Shown here piece after piece: positions 40,877 to 53,149 of a stretch of 64,000 bases of DNA. How positions within the stretch are numbered: position 1 is the first letter of the stretch; every line of letters begins with the position of its first letter. Source of the DNA: Leucoraja erinacea (lineage: Eukaryota). The stretch spans positions 1,302,001 to 1,366,000 of the forward strand of contig NC_073414.1 in assembly GCF_028641065.1 (NCBI RefSeq), read 5' to 3'. The notes under the pieces are model-generated. The model ran no database searches and had not been told where the DNA came from. It was given only the letters and a program-made list of their open reading frames with translations. The translations under genes and the position numbers were made by a program.

Positions 40877-41127
40877 TGTGATGATGTTACCCAAAATGCA
40901 GTAAACCCTCGTTTTAATGGACCTCTTTATAATGGATTTTGGTTACATTAAACCATGCCCCACACATCTCCTTTAAATTTTGACCATCTCACCTTAAAGC
41001 ACTTTGACATTTCCACTCTGCAAAAGATATGATTTCAGCTTCCTTGTCGAGAGTTTAGAGATACAGTGCGGAAACAGGCCCTTCGGCCCATCGAGTCCCC
41101 GCCGACCACACTAACACTATTCTCACT

Positions 41128-41615
41128 ATGGTCCTCACCTACAAAACCCTCCACCACCTGCCCCCCCCCCCCATATCTCACTGACCTCCTCTCCCCCTAC
41201 CAACCCTCACGGTCCCTCAGATCCACATCAGCCGGTCTCCTCTCCATCCACAAGTCCAACCTCTGCAGTTTTGGGGACAGAGTCTTCTCCAGGACAGCTC
41301 CCAGGCTCTGGAACTCCCTCCCCCAACTGATCCGCAATTCCGTGTCCCTCACCATCTTCCAGTCCCGCCTCAAGACCCATCTCTTCACCTCTCCCTATCC
41401 TTAGCCCCACGTCCCCCTCCCTTTTCATCTGTGCATTAATTGCCTCATACTGTGTTTTGTATTGAATTCTGTCTTTACTTTGTGTACTAGTCACGTCTCT
41501 ACTATTTATTTCATTCCCCTTACATGTTTTTCCTCTACCTGCTAAATTTTTGTAAGGTGTCCTTGAGACTCTTGAAAGGCGCCCATAAATAAAATATTAT
41601 TATTATTATTATTAT
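41128..41615 (+). mobile_element. L2-like LINE 3' fragment inserted in a minus-strand HE1-like SINE (41052-41830)
   Basis: YLTDLLSPYQPSRSLRS...GDRVFSRTAPRLWNSLP...FQSRLKTHLF, followed by a (TTA)n tail. Confidence 0.8.
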
Positions 41616-42944
41616 TCTACACCTACTTGGGACAATTTTACATTTACCAAAAAAAACCCTACAAATTAACCTACAAACTTGTACGTCTTTGGAGTGTGGG
41701 AGGAAACTAAAGATCTCGGAGAAAACCCACGCTGGTCACGGGGAGAACGTGCAAACTCCGTACAGACAGCTCCCGCAATCGGGATCGAACCCGGGTCTCC
41801 TTCGCTGTAAGGCAGCAACTCTCCCGTGCCCGCCCTTTAAAAGTTCCTTTAAAAGTCTGAAAAAGTCTCTCGTCGTAGAGTCATGATACAGTGTGGAAAC
41901 AGGTACTTCGACCCTGATGATCAGCCATGATCATATTGAATGGCGGTGCTGGCTTGAAGGGCCGAATGGCCTACTCCTGCACCTAATTTCTATGACCCAA
42001 CTGGTCCTCGATTCATCTACTCTGGGCAAGAGACTCTGTGCATCTACCCAATCTATTCCTCTCATGATTTTACACACCTCAATAAGACCGGAAACATCAC
42101 CCATTCCTTCTCACCAGAGATGCTGCCTGTCCTGCTGAGTTGCTCCAACATGTTGTGTCTATCTTCCCCTTAAAAGTGAGATAGGATTGATGGGCTGAAT
42201 AGCCTTTTGCAGTTCTGCTCATTAATTTCTTGTGTCACAGGTTGGAACCCAGTGCATGAGTGATTTATGCAGCAACAACAACAAACTATGTTTCTTGGTC
42301 ATGTCAGCCGTACAAAAACACAAATTAGTAACAAGTTTAGCAAATCCCAGATATCTGGGCAACATATACCGTGCAACAATTCCTAGCAGTGGTCATCTCC
42401 AACACCACACAACATAAGGATAAGGGGAAAATCTTTTAGGACCGAGATGAGAAAAACATTTTTCACACAGAGAGTGGTGAATCTGTGGAATTCTCTGCCA
42501 CAGAAGGTAGTTGAGGCCACTGGCTATATTTAAGAGGGTGTTAGATGTGGCCCTTGTGGCTAAAGGGATCAGGGGGTATGGAGAGAAGGCAGGGAGGTGC
42601 AGGCTCGAAGGGCCGAATGGCCTACTCTTGCACCTAATTTGCATGTTTCTATCTAGAGATACAGGGAACTGCAGATGCAGGAAGTGCTGTAGTATATCAG
42701 CGGGCAGACAGCATCTAATTTAGAGATAGATTCAACATGCTGGAGTGATGGAATGGGCGACGTTTCGGGTCGAGACCTTTCTTCAGACTCGACCCGAAAT
42801 GTCGCCCATTCCTTCTCTCCAGAGATGCTGCCTGACCCGCTGAGTAACTCCAGCATTTTGTGTCTACCTTCGATTTAAACCTGCATCTGCAGTTCTTTCT
42901 TACACACGGCAGGTGCTGATTTAGATCAAAGATCTTTGGTTTTA

Positions 42945-43795
42945 CACAGAGTGGTGAATCTGTGGAATTCTCTGCCGCAGAAGGTAGTTGAGGCCACACA
43001 GTTCATTGGCTATATTTAAGAGGGAGTTAGATGTGGCCCTTGTGGCTAAAGGGATCAGGGGGTATGGAGAGAAGGCAGGTACGGGATACTGAGTTGGATG
43101 ATCAGCCATGATCATATTGAATGGCGGTGCAGGCTCGAAGGGCCGAATGGCCTACTCCTGCACCTAATTTCTATGTTTCTATGAAGACACAAAATGCTGG
43201 AGTAACTCAGCGGGACAGGCAGCATCTCTGGAGAGAAGGAATGGGTGACGTTTTGGGTCGAGACCCTTCTTCAGACAGTGTGAAAAGGGACTGGATATTT
43301 TAAAAGCGAAGATAGATAAGATTCTTGATTACGTCTGAAGAAGGGTCTCGACCCGAAATGTCACCCATTCCTTCTCTCCAGAGATGCTGCCCGTCCCGCT
43401 GAGTTACTCCAGCTTTTTGTGGCTGTCCCCAGTGTGGAGCTGTCCTTGTGTCCCCGGTGTGGAGCTGTCTTGAGCCCTTACTGGAGCTGACCAGTGGGTC
43501 TTGGTGTGGAGCTGATCTAGAGCCCCAGCATGGAGCTGACCAGTGAGCCCCAGCGTGGAGCTGACCAGTGGGCCCCAGTGTGGAGCTAACCTTGAGCCCC
43601 AGCATGGAGCTGACCTTAACCCCAGTGCGGAGCTGACCAGTGGGCCCCAGTGTGGAGCTAACCTTGAGCCCCAGCATGGAGCTGACCTTAACCCCAGTGC
43701 GGAGCTGACCAGTGAGCCCCAGCGTGGAGCTGACCTTAGCTACCTTAGACTCTTGATTAGTACGGGTGTCAGAGGTTTTGGGGAGAAGGCTGGAC
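42945..43795 (+). repeat. Inverted segmental duplication, copy A
   Basis: Mosaic of CR1 end, Penelope-like palindrome and GGAGCTGACC minisatellite. It is the reverse complement of ~55788-56650; ORFs 43300-43677(-) and 55905-56291(+) are nearly identical. Confidence 0.9.
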
Positions 43796-43853
43796 CTACT
43801 CCTGCACCTATTGTCTATGTTTCTATGTTTAGATTGGGGGTGAATGGGGGAGA

Positions 43854-44042
43854 ACTACAATTCCCAGAAGGCATGGGGGGGGGGGGGGTGGATGGGAAGA
43901 ACTACAATTCCCAGAAGGCATGGGGGGGTGAATGGGGGAGAACTACAATTCCCAGAAGGCATTGGGGGCGAGGAGCGGAAGTGCCAGTTGTAGCAACTTG
44001 CTGTAGCAATTTTTTTGCAGAAGCTGCGAGTTTCAACCACAG
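43854..44042 (+). promoter_or_regulatory. Putative promoter and non-coding first exon of the ZBTB1-like gene
   Basis: Three exact ACTACAATTCCCAGAAGGCA ZNF143/THAP11 motifs (43854, 43901, 43942), ETS GCGGAAGTG (43975), and CAG|GTGAGT donor at 44042/44043. Confidence 0.75.
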
Positions 44043-46402
44043 GTGAGTTTCTTTTTTGCTGTCGGATAAAACCCATTTACTCTGCAAAAATGTTTAATTA
44101 TAAAGCCTAATCTGGAGGATGCAAAGAAGAAAACGCCCCTGCGGGCAAACGTGTTTGCATTTGGTGGTGGGGGGGTGTGTGTAGATGTAGGGGAGACAAT
44201 GCCGGGTGCCTTGAGAGAGGTGCATGGGGTTGGGGAAGGAGATGGCACCGTGTGTTACTCGCTGCAGTGCATAGCCGGCTGTCCTCTCACATATATATCG
44301 GCCCCACATCAGGACTTAGCCGGCGGCGTGGGCCTCGGCTCTTGAGTCGCAGCAGAGGGACACAGACTGTGTCATAGAGTTGTCACACACACACAGGCCC
44401 AGCCTGCCCACACCGACCTACATGTCCCCAGCAACACTAGTCCCACCTGCCCACGTTTGGCCCACATCCCTCCAAACCTGTCTCCAGGCCAAATATATAT
44501 TAAATGTCACCGTCCCAGTCTGAAGAAGGGTTTCCGCCTGAAACGTTGCCTATTCCCTTCGCTCCATAGATGCTGCCTCACCCGCTGAGTTTCTCCAGCA
44601 CATTTGTCTAGCATAGTCCCAGTCTCAACTACCTCCCCCTCCTCTGAAGAAGAAGGGTCTCGACCCGAAACGTTACCAATTCCTTCTCTCCATAAATGCT
44701 GCCTCACCCGCTGAGTTTCTCCAGCATTTTTTGTCTACTTTCAATTCTTCCAGCAGCTGCAGTTCTTTCTTAAACGCACCTCCTCCGGCAGCTTGTTCCA
44801 TACACCCATCACCTTTTGTGTAAAACAAATTCCCCTCAGCTTCCTATTTCTTTAGCCAGAGGCTGGTGAATCTGTGGAATTCTTTGCCACAGAAGGTTGT
44901 GGAGGCCAAGTCAGTGGATATATTTTAAGACAGAGATAGATAGATTCTTGATTAGTGTGGGTGTCAGAGGTTTTGAGGAGAAGGCAGGAGAATGGGGTTA
45001 GGAGGGAGAGAGTGGTCAGCCATGATTGAATGGCGGAGTAGACTTGATGGGCCGAATGCCTAATTCTACTCCTATTCCTTATGACATATTAAATCTTTAC
45101 CCCCTCACCAAAAACTTATGTCATTCTGGTTCTTGGTTCACCTATTCCGGGCGAAACGTTTACCACAAGAGGCAAGAGTGTTTTGTGGTCATATGTCCTG
45201 AAAACGGAACAATGAAATTCTTACTTGCAGCAGCAGAAACTATAAGATATATAAATTCAGTAAACACCCAAATAAACATACATGCTTCAAAGTAAGTTCT
45301 CAACTGTTATATTTGATTCTTTGCTGTTGTGCTGCTTGAAAATGTCACCACAGAAAGACACCAGTTATATCTATACCCCTCATGATCTTGTACACCTCTA
45401 TAAGATCTCCCCTCATCCTTCTGCGCTCCAAGGAATAAAGTCCGACCTCCCTCTGAGTGAAAAGGTTGCCCCTTGGGTTCCTTTTAAATAGTTCTACTCT
45501 CACCTTGAACTTAGAGTGCAGCACTGTGGCATGGCGGTAGATCATGCCGGAGCTCCGTGCTGAAACCACGGGTGGGGGGGAGGGGGAAGAGCTCCGTGCT
45601 GAGACCACAGGGGGAGCTCCGTGTTGAGACCACGGGGGGAAGCTGAATTGAATTGAATTTATTTGTCATTCAGACCTTTCGGTCTGAACGAAATTTCATT
45701 TCCCTGCAGTCATACATATAATAAAAAATGACAAAAACACACAGTCAACACAAATTTAACATCCACCACAGTGAGTTCACCAAACACCTCTTCACTGTGA
45801 TGGAAGGCAAAATCCCAAAGTCTCTGTCTCTTCCCTCTTCGGTCTCAGCTCTGTGCTGAGACCACTGGAGGGGGAGAGAGGGGGGAGAGCTCCGTGCTGA
45901 GACCACGGAGGAGGGGGGGGGGGGGGGAGAGGGAGGAGAGCTCCGTGATGAGACCGCGGGGGGGGGGGAGCTCCGTGATGAGACCACGGGGGTGGCTACA
46001 GTGAGAACAGCTGACTGGTTTGCGGAAATGAGACTATCGAAATGCACAACTGGGAAATGAAACGGGGCTTAAAGGCCTGCTTCCTCAAATGCGAGTTTGC
46101 GTAAGACGGGAAGTACTTGTAATAAATTAAACTAATTAAGGACCAGTTTCACCCTGGCCAGTCCCTGTTCTCCCCTCTCCCATCGGGCAAAAGGTACAGA
46201 AGTGAAAAAACGCACACCTCTAGATTCAGGGACAGTTTCTTCCCAGCTGTTATCAGGCAACTGAACCATCCTACCAACAACCAGAGAGTTCCCTGACCTC
46301 CCATCCATCACTTTGAAGACTCTCGGACTATCTTTAATCAGACTTTACAGGACTTTATCTTGCACTAAACGTTATTCAATTTATTCCCTTTATCATGTAC
46401 AC

Positions 46403-46422
46403 CAAAGATACTAGAGGAGCTG
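46403..46422. mobile_element. Short P-element-like footprint
   Basis: ATGTACAC-CAAAGATACTAGAGGAGCTG-ATGTACAC. Confidence 0.65.
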
Positions 46423-46562
46423 ATGTACACTGTGTACAGCGTATCCTGTATTGTCTAATCATGTATTGTCTTTTCGCTGACTGGTTAGCAACAAAGCTTT
46501 TCACTGTACCTCAGTCCGCGTGACAATAATAAACTAATCTACCTCTGTGTGTTGCAGGGGCG

Positions 46563-48296
46563 ATGACGAGCCACAGCGAGCATGTCTTGCAACAGCTGTG
46601 CTCACAGCTGGAATACGGTTTCCTGTGCGACTGCTCCATTGCAGTGGGAGATGTGCGTTTCCGGGCCCACCGCGTGGTGCTGGCGGCCTGCAGCTCCTAC
46701 TTCCACAAGCTCTTTGTCAACCAGCCAGCGGACTCGTGCCTGGTGTCCCTCAGCTCCCAGGCTGTCAGCCCTGATCACTTTGACCTGATCCTGCAGCTGA
46801 TGTACACGGGCCACCTGGACTCGTCACCCGCAGACCTGGAGCGTTTCCGGGCCTCGCTGCGCTTCCTCAAGCTCTACAACGCCAGCCGATTCCAACCCAC
46901 GGTGGGGGAGAGGGAGTGCGAGGGAGACGGGCCTACCCACCAGGCCTCGGGCAAACCACTGGTGTTCGGGGTGCAGCTGTACCAGGACAAGGCGGTGGGA
47001 CAGTCTCAGGCCCCGGCGACAATCGACAGGCCCGTCTCAGTGAAGGCCGAGCTGCCCGACGAGGCAGCGGACCCTCAGGCCTACCTGTGCCACCACTGCG
47101 GCCTGGCCTTTGAGGAGCAGGCCGGCCTGAGGGAGCACCTGGGGCTCCACGCCGAGAGGCCTCTGCACTGCCCCCTGTGTGGCCTGGCCTTCGAGCAGGC
47201 CCCGGACCTGCAGGAGCACATGTGCGAGTGTGTGAGACAGGGACGGCTGGTCAAGCGAGAGGAGGAGGAGAGGCCTAGCAGAGTGCTAGGCCCAAAGCCC
47301 AAGGTTGAGGAAGGCCCAGCGGCGGGGGGGAGCGCCGAAGATCTGAGAGGCCTCAGGCCTTGGGGTCTGGAGGCAGGAGAGCCGGAGGCCGAGGGCTCAG
47401 TTGGCCGCAGGGCCTGGGGAGAGGCTGAGGACTATGTCCTGGAGGAGGGCGAGGTGCGTTTCCCTGGAGACGACGACCTGGTGCTGGAGAACGCCACGGA
47501 CGACTCGATCAGCAGCTCGGAGAGCAGCGCGGAGGGCGAGGGCGAGGGCGAGGTCTCGGAGGGGAGCGACGAGGAGGCGAGAGCCGCAGCAGAATCCTCC
47601 ACTGTCGATGCCCCCCCGGATCCTCTCCTCTCCGTGCCCCCCCTCTCTTCCCCCTCCTCCGCCCCGGTGCCAGAGCCCCCTGTCCTGACGCCAGCCGAGG
47701 GCCGGCAGGCCTGCCAGGCTGCTCGCCGCAAGGGCAAGGCCTGGCGCTGCCGCACGTGCGAGGGGTGCTGCGAGGAGCGGGGCTGGGACCGCAGGAAGCG
47801 GAGACGCAGGAGGAGAGAGGAGGAGGAGGGAACGGCGGCCTCATCTTCCCAGACCGCCCTGTCCTCCCGCACTACCCACCGCCAGGGGCCCCTCCCCAAG
47901 CACGCACGTGGCCCCGCGGAGGGCGGCCTGAGCACTCGGCTGGCCGGCCCGGCCTATGCCAAGGCCTTCCCACGAGAGCTGCGCTTACAGCTGGCAGGCC
48001 GGAGCGGGGACGCCCGCTTTAAATGCTCGGTGTGCGGGCACCGCAGCAGCAGGAAGTACGGGCACCTGGTCCACATGGACACACACCTCTCGGCTGGCCA
48101 GGCCGTCTGCCAGGTGTGTTACGAGATCCTGCCGGGCAAGGCCGAACTGCAGAGGCACCTGGAGAGCCACATGTACCCGTGCGGGGTGTGTGGGGAGAAG
48201 TTCAGGCTGAAGAAGGACATGGTTGCCCACGCCATCACCTGCTGGTCCAGGAAGCTGCACGGCACTGAGCCAGGCCGGGCCGGGGCCAAGAACTGA
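46563..48296 (+). CDS. ZBTB1-like BTB/POZ zinc-finger protein, 577 aa, single coding exon
   Basis: BTB domain SHSEHVLQQL..QLEYGFLCDC.IAV...AHRVVLAACSSYF...FDLILQLMY. ZBTB1-type VFGVQLYQD. C-terminal fingers HMDTHLSAGQAVCQVC...HMYPCGVCGEKFRLKKDM. Acceptor TTGCAG ends at 46557. Confidence 0.88.
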   Translation: MTSHSEHVLQQLCSQLEYGFLCDCSIAVGDVRFRAHRVVLAACSSYFHKLFVNQPADSCLVSLSSQAVSPDHFDLILQLMYTGHLDSSPADLERFRASLRFLKLYNASRFQPTVGERECEGDGPTHQASGKPLVFGVQLYQDKAVGQSQAPATIDRPVSVKAELPDEAADPQAYLCHHCGLAFEEQAGLREHLGLHAERPLHCPLCGLAFEQAPDLQEHMCECVRQGRLVKREEEERPSRVLGPKPKVEEGPAAGGSAEDLRGLRPWGLEAGEPEAEGSVGRRAWGEAEDYVLEEGEVRFPGDDDLVLENATDDSISSSESSAEGEGEGEVSEGSDEEARAAAESSTVDAPPDPLLSVPPLSSPSSAPVPEPPVLTPAEGRQACQAARRKGKAWRCRTCEGCCEERGWDRRKRRRRRREEEEGTAASSSQTALSSRTTHRQGPLPKHARGPAEGGLSTRLAGPAYAKAFPRELRLQLAGRSGDARFKCSVCGHRSSRKYGHLVHMDTHLSAGQAVCQVCYEILPGKAELQRHLESHMYPCGVCGEKFRLKKDMVAHAITCWSRKLHGTEPGRAGAKN

Positions 48297-48716
48297 CCCA
48301 ACCCAACTCCTGGGCCAGGGGAGGCTGCAGGCCGTGGATGGGTGGCCCTTCTTCAAACTGAGTGTAGGTGGGGAAGAGAGAAGATACCTGGACGAGTGCA
48401 GAGGCCGAACAAAGTGTGGCGGTGATAGGTGAGGGGGGGGTGATGATAGGAAGATAGTTAGATCAAAGGACAAAGATTAAAACAAAGGGTGAGAGACCGA
48501 AGAATTGACGAGCCGAGCCCCCCCCCCCCCCCATCTACAATGTCTAAAGAAGGGTCCCGACCCAAAACGTCACCTATCCTAGTGTCAGGCAGCATCTTTG
48601 GAGGGAATGGCATGGGTGACATTTCTTTATACATTCACAAGGTATTTGTAATGTATATTACATATACATCACAGTATTCAAGGTGTGTCTGCATTAAATT
48701 GCATACAAAAAAAGGA

Positions 48717-49002
48717 CACAGAGTGCTGGAGTAACTCAGTGGGTCAGGCAGCATCTGTGAAGAACATGGATAGGTGGCGTTTCACAGAATGCTGGAGTAA
48801 CTCAGCGGGTTAGGCAGCATCTGTGAAGAACATGGATAGGTGACGTTTCACAGAGTGCTGGAGTAACTCAGTGGGTCAGGCAGCATCTGTGGAGAACATG
48901 GATAGGTGACGTTTCACAGAGTGCTGGAGTAACTCAGCGGGTCAGGCAGCATCTGTGAAGAACATGGATAGGTGACGTTTCGGGTAGGGACCCTTCCTCA
49001 GA
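48717..49002 (-). repeat. 66-bp Penelope-derived tandem array in the ZBTB1-like 3' region
   Basis: Four units, ending in the rc hammerhead-like core CTGAGGAAGGGTCCCTACCCGAAACGTC. Confidence 0.85.
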
Positions 49003-52000
49003 CCTCATCTCTGGTCAGGACTCTTCTTCAGATTGTCAATGTAAATTGTTCATGTCTAGTTGCCCTTAAGGTGGGAAGATGCCTTCTTGAACCAAAGACA
49101 AAGTGCTGGAGGAACTCAGCATCTGTGCAGGGAAATGGACAGGTGATGTTTCAGGTTGGGGCCCTTCATTGGGTTGAAAGTCGAGTATGCATTCCCTCCA
49201 CAGATGCTGCCTGACCAGCTGTGTTCCTCCAGCTCTTTGTGTTTTACTCAAGATTCCAGCGTTTGCAGTTTTAAAAGAAACTGCAGAGATGCTGCTTGAC
49301 CCGCTGAGTTCCTCCAGTGCTCATATTTATTGTGTTAATTGGACTACAGCTACCAGTCGGGAATTGAAACCTGACTGTTAGTAAATGATGTGGTATCTGG
49401 CTCGCTGTTAGTCAGGGGTTCGAGTGTGCCTCAGATGGAGCAGGGCTTACAGATGCAGTCGGATTTGGAAATGCAAAGTGGGCTGGAAAGTGGATTGGTT
49501 TGTCGCCAAGAGTCTTGGCTTATTGTGACAAGTTGAAATAATTCAAGATTAAACTCAGCGGGAACCTGTAAACCCACTGGATTCACTGGAAAATATATTG
49601 TACTACTGTGTAACGTAAAACAAAATGTGAAAAGTGTGCTGGGATATTAAAGATAGACGCAAAGTGCTGGAGTTACAGCGGATCGGGCAAAGATCGGTTA
49701 CCGCAACATTTTGCGTCCCATCTTTGATATAAACCAGCATCTGCAGTTCCTTTTAATAATATGAGTTGGAGTATTAATGGAAGTAACATTCAGTAAACCT
49801 GGACAATCTTCAAGTCCGGTGCCAATAAAGTCCTGAGATTGCCAGATTATCAGAGTTTTTCTGTTTTGGGGAATGCCAGACACAAGTGCCATGTTTCCGC
49901 AAAAAATGTTAATCTGCCTTGAGCAACAAAGCAATGTGCTGGAACAACTCAGTAGGTCAGACAGGCAACATCTGTGGAGAGTAATGGCGGCAGTGATTTT
50001 ACATCATAAGGTCATAAGCGATAGTGGTAGAATTAGGCCATTCGGCCCATCATTCAAGCATGGCTGATCTATCCCTCCCTCCTCTCCCCATGCTCCTGCC
50101 TTCTCCCCATAACGTCGCAATCAAATGTACTAACCAGGAATCTCCCTGTGATGGCGTGGGTTTTCTCCAGGTGCTTCCCACACCCCAAAAATATACGGGT
50201 TTGTAGACTAATTGGCTTGGTAAAATTGTAAATTGTCACTAGTGTGCTGGGATAACATAGAACTAGTGTGATTGTTGAGGGTGGGCGAAAAGGCCTATTT
50301 CAATAGACAATAGGTGCAGGAGTAGGCCATTCGGCCCTTCGAGCCTGATCATCCCCAATCAGTACCACGTTCCTGCCTTCCCCCCATATCCCCATGACCG
50401 CTATTTTTAAGAGCCCTATCTAGCTCTCTCTTGAATGCTCTCTCACTCTCCCATGCTGTATCTCCAAACTAATCTTATCAAGAGTTGGTGGGCATTGGAG
50501 AATGTGTGGAATGGATTGCAGAGGTATAGGAGAACGAGAGGGGGGGAATAAGACTGCATCCCTGGGATCAAACGTTGACCCAGTGGGCCAAATGGTCATC
50601 CATTTCTAACATCTGTCCATTTCCTTCCACAGATGTTATCTAACTAATTGAGTTACTCCAGCAGTTTGTTTTTCCTCAAGGTTCCATCATCTGCAGCCTC
50701 ATGTATTATCAGGGTATCTCCCTGTGCAGTCACTGGTGTCTGTCATGCAATCTTGCAGTAGATGGGTGTCTGATGATTCTTAACCAAGAGCAGGTTTATG
50801 TTGCACTGATTTGAAAAGGTTGTATTTTAAAAATGATATTTGTTTATTGACCAGAGTTTTGTAAATAAATTGTTAATTGGAGACTTGAGGTTAATGTTTA
50901 TGTGATTAAAATATATTATATATTAGGCAGTGGGCCTTTTATACTTAAAAAAACAAACAAACACGTGTATCACCAGAGACCCGGGTTCGATCCTGACCAC
51001 GGGTGCTGTTTGTACGGAGTTTGTACGTTCTCCCTGTGACCTGTGTGGGTTTTCTCCATGTACTCTGGTTTCCTTCCACTCTCCAAAGATGTACAGGTTT
51101 GTAGGTTAATTGGCTTGGTAAAATTGACACATGTGTAGGACAGTGTTAATGTGCGGAGATTGCTGGTCAGCACCGAATCAGTGGGCCGAAGGGCCACGCT
51201 GTATCTAAACTAAGCGGTGGTTTGGCTATTGAGGGAGCTGTTCATCGTAACGCTCGGCTCTTTCCCGAGTTGTACGTTTGAGCACCGGTTTCACAAGGAA
51301 TGCACTGGTTACCTTGAGCGATGGCTGCAATACATTTTGGACACCAACAACTTCATAGATGACATCTGGTTTTTAATAAAATCATTTGCAAAACAAAACA
51401 CAAATTGGAAGCCTGGGCAGAAATGGCCACAAAAGTATTCGACACAGTAATGTTCCCTCTACACTGACCCATCAAACACTCCTGGAGCAGGGATAGATAT
51501 CAGTATCGTTACTGAATAAATCCCCCCCCCCCCCCCCCCACAGGTCTGAAGAAGGGTCACGACCCAAAACGTCACCCATTCCTTCTCTCCAGAGATGCTG
51601 CCTGCCCCGCTGAGTTACTCCAGCACTTTGTGTCTATCTTACCAACAATGGGAAGATAATAAACCCCTTCAAACTATCCTGTAACTTGGGCAACAGCTAA
51701 ATCTGCATCAAGTCCTGTGCTTGGGCTTCAACCTGACAGAGAGTGGGGGAGGTCCCAATTCTTGGCACGGGTTGCCCCCACCAAGATAGCTTGCAATAAT
51801 TCCCCGCTGATCTCGGTGTCCCAGTCAGATGTTAACAACACGCAAATCAGAGCTCCAATGCTAAACGAGAGGGAGTTTCCTTCAACGTACCCAAGAAGAT
51901 AACGCAGAGGTGAACTGTCACAAAAAGGTAATTCGTCACCCAATTCAGGAGAGGAGTGACATACGCTGGAATCCTGCAGTTCTAGGATTTATACAACATA

Positions 52001-52110
52001 CAGAGGTTGGATGGAGAGCCCCCCAAACTTGGCATCACCAAAACTCATTAGTCACAAGATGGCAAGAGGAAGTAGGACCCAGATGCATCATTTGGAGCTC
52101 CAGTTGCCAT

Positions 52111-52705
52111 TTAAACTTTATCCTTTTTCTTCTTCTTCTTGTGCCTGGTGTCTGATTCAGAGGGCATATTTTCGTAGCTTTCATCTTTGCCCCTCTTCTC
52201 CCGCTTCCTGTGTTTGTGTCCCACTTCTGGCACCGGCACATCCAGCAGCTCTTTGCTCTTCTTCTTTTTCTTTTTCCTAGACTCGCCCGGAGTTTCCGAA
52301 TCGACTTCTTGGCCTCCAGGTTCGAGTTCCTCGACCGCCACTTTCTCTTTCGCCCTCTTCTTCTTGCCTCTCCGCGTCGGCTGTCGTTCCCGTGTGGACC
52401 ACCCGGGCGGGCCTACTCCGAAAGGCTGGAAGCGTTGCTTCAAGTCGGTCGGGATGTTGGGAGCGGGGCTGGTGGGGATGCAGCGTGGCTCTGCGCTGCT
52501 GCATGCAGCCTCCCAGTTCTCATCGATGGTGATGCAGCCAGCAAAATCCGAGCAGCTCTCTGTCCGGCCCTCTGCGTCTGTGGGGAGGATCAGGCAGATG
52601 CCCTCTGCTCCACCCGGTGTGGAAAACACATTGTACACTTTATCCTCACAAGTCTTAGACTGCAGTGTCTGAAAACCAACCAAGGGGATCTTCTTTCCAG
52701 AAAAA
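52111..52705 (-). CDS. POLR1G: RNA polymerase I subunit RPA34/PAF49, exon 2
   Basis: FSGKKIPLVGFQTL...IPTSPAPNIPTDLKQRFQPFG, then a Lys/Glu-rich tail. TTTCAG acceptor, phase 2; TAA stop at 52113-52111. Confidence 0.88.
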
Positions 52706-53149
52706 CTGAAACAGAACAACCACACATTAGACCCACGCAAACAGAACAGTCTCTTGAAGTGAGACACAAAATGCTGGCATTCAAAGGATGCTGGGTGAAC
52801 CAGTATTTAATTTCTTACTGGTTGTCCTTAGGGCGTGATGCCCTACAACTGAACACAAAGTGCTGGAGGAACTCAGCATGACAGGCAGCATCTTTGGAGG
52901 GAATGGCATGGCAGCATCAACGGAAAAAAAGGAATAGGTAACGTTTCGGAGCGAAACCCTTCATCAGATTCAGGTTTCGACCCGAAATGTCACATATTCC
53001 TTTTCATCAGAGATGCTGCCTGACCCACTGAGTTACTCCAGCATTTTGTGGCTACCTTCAGTATAACCCAGCATCTGCAGTTCCTTCTTTCAGCCCCTTG
53101 AAGATGCGGTCAGTGGAGTCACAGGTGGACAGCACAGAAACAGACCCTT

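Noticed and set aside
40997-41006. miR-430/17-family seed match AAGCACTTT for nanos2
   Set aside because: It lies beyond the probable polyA signal at 40389 and beyond a CR1 insertion.
43300-43677. Duplicated 125-128-aa ORF (also 55905-56291) as a gene pair
   Set aside because: Made of minisatellite and TE sequence inside the inverted duplication.
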